Part shown: positions 58,632 to 60,622 of the stretch, piece after piece
How the letters are laid out: the number at the start of each line of letters is the position of its first letter
Numbering within the stretch: the first letter of the stretch is position 1
Assembly: GCF_004010195.1 (NCBI RefSeq)
Contig: NC_057719.1
Coordinates: 68,999,159-69,059,780, forward strand
Length of the DNA: 60,622 nucleotides
Reading direction: 5' to 3'
DNA from: Chiloscyllium plagiosum
Taxonomy: Eukaryota
The notes under the pieces: model-generated
Told to the model about the DNA's origin: nothing
Seen by the model: the letters and a program-made list of their open reading frames with translations, nothing else
The model's database searches: none
Program-made: the position numbers and the translations under genes

Positions 58632-59369
58632 TGTTTCCAATTAAACCTGTTGGACTATAACCTGGTGTTGTGTGATTTTTAACTAAGAAATTTGACACAC
58701 CTTAGTCTGCACCCCATTCAAATCAAATATTTACTGACTCCACCACTGGTGCACACTACTGCAATATGTGCCATCTACGAAATGCAGTGCAGGAGCTCAC
58801 CATGGCTTATTCAACAGCACCTTGCGATTACATGGTCTCTGCAACATGGAAGGCAAGGGCAACAGATAAATGTAAACACCACCACCTGCAATTGCCCTCT
58901 GGTCACATGCCATCCTGATTTGATACTATATCATCATTCCTTTATTGTTTCTGGATTAAAATCCAGGAACTAACTCCCTGTCTAACAGTGCTACTATATT
59001 ACTTGGACCATGTGGGGAGCAATAGTTCCAGAAGGTGGCTCACCACCACCTTTTCAAGAACAGTTAGGATGTAAGTTAGTAAGTGCTGGCTTTGTTAACG
59101 ATGCCCGCATCCTTGAATGAATAAAAGGACATAGCAGAAAGGTCTTGCACTGTCATTCAGTAGAGGTTGAAAAGGTTCAGGAATTTGGAAACCAAGTTTT
59201 AATTTCCATCAATAGCAATGAAACTAAGATTGGGGATTGGCAGAGAGCTAAGGTAACTTCAAGATAGCATGTGTCTTGAAGATTGTGCTAAAAATGCTCT
59301 AATTAGAACTGTTATAAGCAAGGGGATTGGGAGAGAAATGTCAAAAGATGGTATCAAGTGCCTACATTC

Positions 59370-59500
59370 TTTTCCCGAAGAGCAGTGGAGGCAGGGTCAT
59401 TGAATATTTTTCGGACTATGTTGGTGACAGTCAGATCAGCCATGATCTTATTTATTGACTGAACAGACTCAAGTGGCCTAATGGCCTACTACTTCTAATT
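59370..59500 (+). mobile_element. Old CR1 3' tail fragment
   Basis: agagcagtggaggcagggtcattgaatattttt..agatcagccatgatctt. Confidence 0.6.
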
Positions 59501-59672
59501 TGAGGAGGGAGGTGCACAGAAAGGAGTTTCCAAAGGCACTGAAAACATAAGAGCTATCTGGATACTGTTGTGCATGCAATGCTGATATCCTCTCATTCAG
59601 TGCCACCACGTACTGCTGATGAGCAGAAAAGCAGCAATCCGCAAGTCAAACTCATTCAGCACCAGGCAGGCA

Positions 59673-60622
59673 GTCTGTACTACATCCTCAGGAGAATTCA
59701 TACTCTCAACAAACAGTATTTCAACTCCATCTCAAACATCAAAAACTAAGTACAATAAACTTTTATCGACCCACCTCCATAACCAGCACTCCTCAAACAT
59801 TCCAGAAGATTCCCCCAGCCTCTGGAACTGCTCGGACGCCATTAGCCATGTGGCTGGTGCAGCTGCCACCCCCACGCCGATTGATGATGTCACTTCCGCC
59901 CCCATCATGGCCACTCCCACAGCCACTTCCACCCCTCACAAATCCTCATGCATCACACGTGACATCACTTCCGCCCCTCATATCATCGCTGATGTCACAT
60001 GCTCAGTGACTCCGCCCCCACTCCCAGCTCCACACCCACACAAGGTCCCAGGTCCCAGCTCCTTGCCCTGCCGAGTTTTCACCATCCCTCCAGACCTCCC
60101 CCTCAGTGAGGACGAACGATCAGTCCTCAGCAAAGGACTCACCTTCATCACCCTCCGTCCACGCATCAATGAATTTAATACAGGCCGTGACGTCGAACAC
60201 TTCTTCCGCCGCCTCCGCCTCCAAGCTTACTTTCACAATCAGGGCTCCTGCCCCCCTTTCGAGGACCCCTTCGCCCACCTCCAACAAACTGCATCCATCT
60301 GGACACCCTGCGCTGGCCTATTACCTGCCCTCGATCTCTTCATTTCCAACTGCCGCCGGGACATTAACCGCCTCAACCTGTCTACCCCCCTCCCCCACTC
60401 CAACCTCTCACCCTCACAACGCACAGCCCTCCAATCCATCTGCACCAATCCTGACCTCACCATCAAGGCAGCGGATAAAGGGGGCGAAGTGGTAGTCTGG
60501 CGCACTGACCTCTACACCGCTGAAGCCAAACTCCAACTCGATGACACCTCTTCCTACTGCACCCTCGACCATGACCCCACCCCCCATCACCAAACCATCA
60601 TCTCCCAGACCATACAGAACCT
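59673..60622 (+). mobile_element. Neptune-type PLE ORF, N-terminal and pre-RT region; runs off the window end
   Basis: Stop-free frame RVFTIPPDLPLSEDERSVLSKGLTF..FFRRLRLQAYF..LTIKAADKGGEVVVW; LSKGLxF and DKG are PLE hallmarks. Confidence 0.9.

Larger units (their letters stand above)
58466..58684. mobile_element. Palindromic PLE-pLTR mini-element with two opposed hammerheads and 12-bp TSD
   Basis: 92-bp arms 58500-58591 / 58593-58684 with 5 mismatches; TAAGAAATTTGA at 58454-65 and 58684-95. Confidence 0.92.
58330..59127 (+). mobile_element. Old CR1/L2-group LINE 3' part, interrupted by the hammerhead palindrome
   Basis: Colinear with 31470-31900 plus 33510-33600. Confidence 0.8.

Noticed and set aside
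59612..59640. CTGATGA-GCA-GAAAA resembling a hammerhead core
   Set aside because: No stem II between CTGATGA and GAAA and no UH triplet with stem III; treated as chance
1..60622. CRISPR arrays, prokaryotic operons or defence systems, intronic snoRNA/miRNA genes, a second host gene
   Set aside because: No repeat-spacer periodicity and clearly vertebrate exon-intron DNA. No convincing C/D or H/ACA structure was seen by eye (an Infernal/Rfam scan would be decisive). The remaining short ORFs have no recognisable homology.

Overview
Eukaryotic genomic DNA, inferred to be a shark or other elasmobranch from HE1-type V-SINEs and HER1/CR1-type LINEs. One + strand gene fills the window: aquarius (AQR), the spliceosomal SF1/Upf1-like RNA helicase. 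I traced 32 GT-AG coding exons from 4506 to the TAA stop at 57782. They total 4156 nt and keep a single reading frame. A polyA signal lies at 57981, and the first ~58 codons (human exons 1-3) lie upstream of the window. Introns and the 3' flank hold CR1 and L2 LINEs, SINEs, a TA-flanked Tigger/pogo-like element and many Penelope-like element (PLE) pieces. The most notable non-gene signal is about ten minimal hammerhead-ribozyme motifs (CTGAnGA-stem-GAAA-palindrome-UH) in PLE terminal repeats from several families. They include a perfect antisense copy at 36940-36975, a 185-bp palindrome with two opposed hammerheads and a 12-bp TSD just downstream of the AQR polyA signal, and a circularly permuted, retrozyme-like unit of ~295 bp. 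Minimal PLE hammerheads are a known class, so any novelty lies in these architectures and loci. All coordinates were read by eye, and repeat boundaries are approximate unless a TSD or TIR is given.
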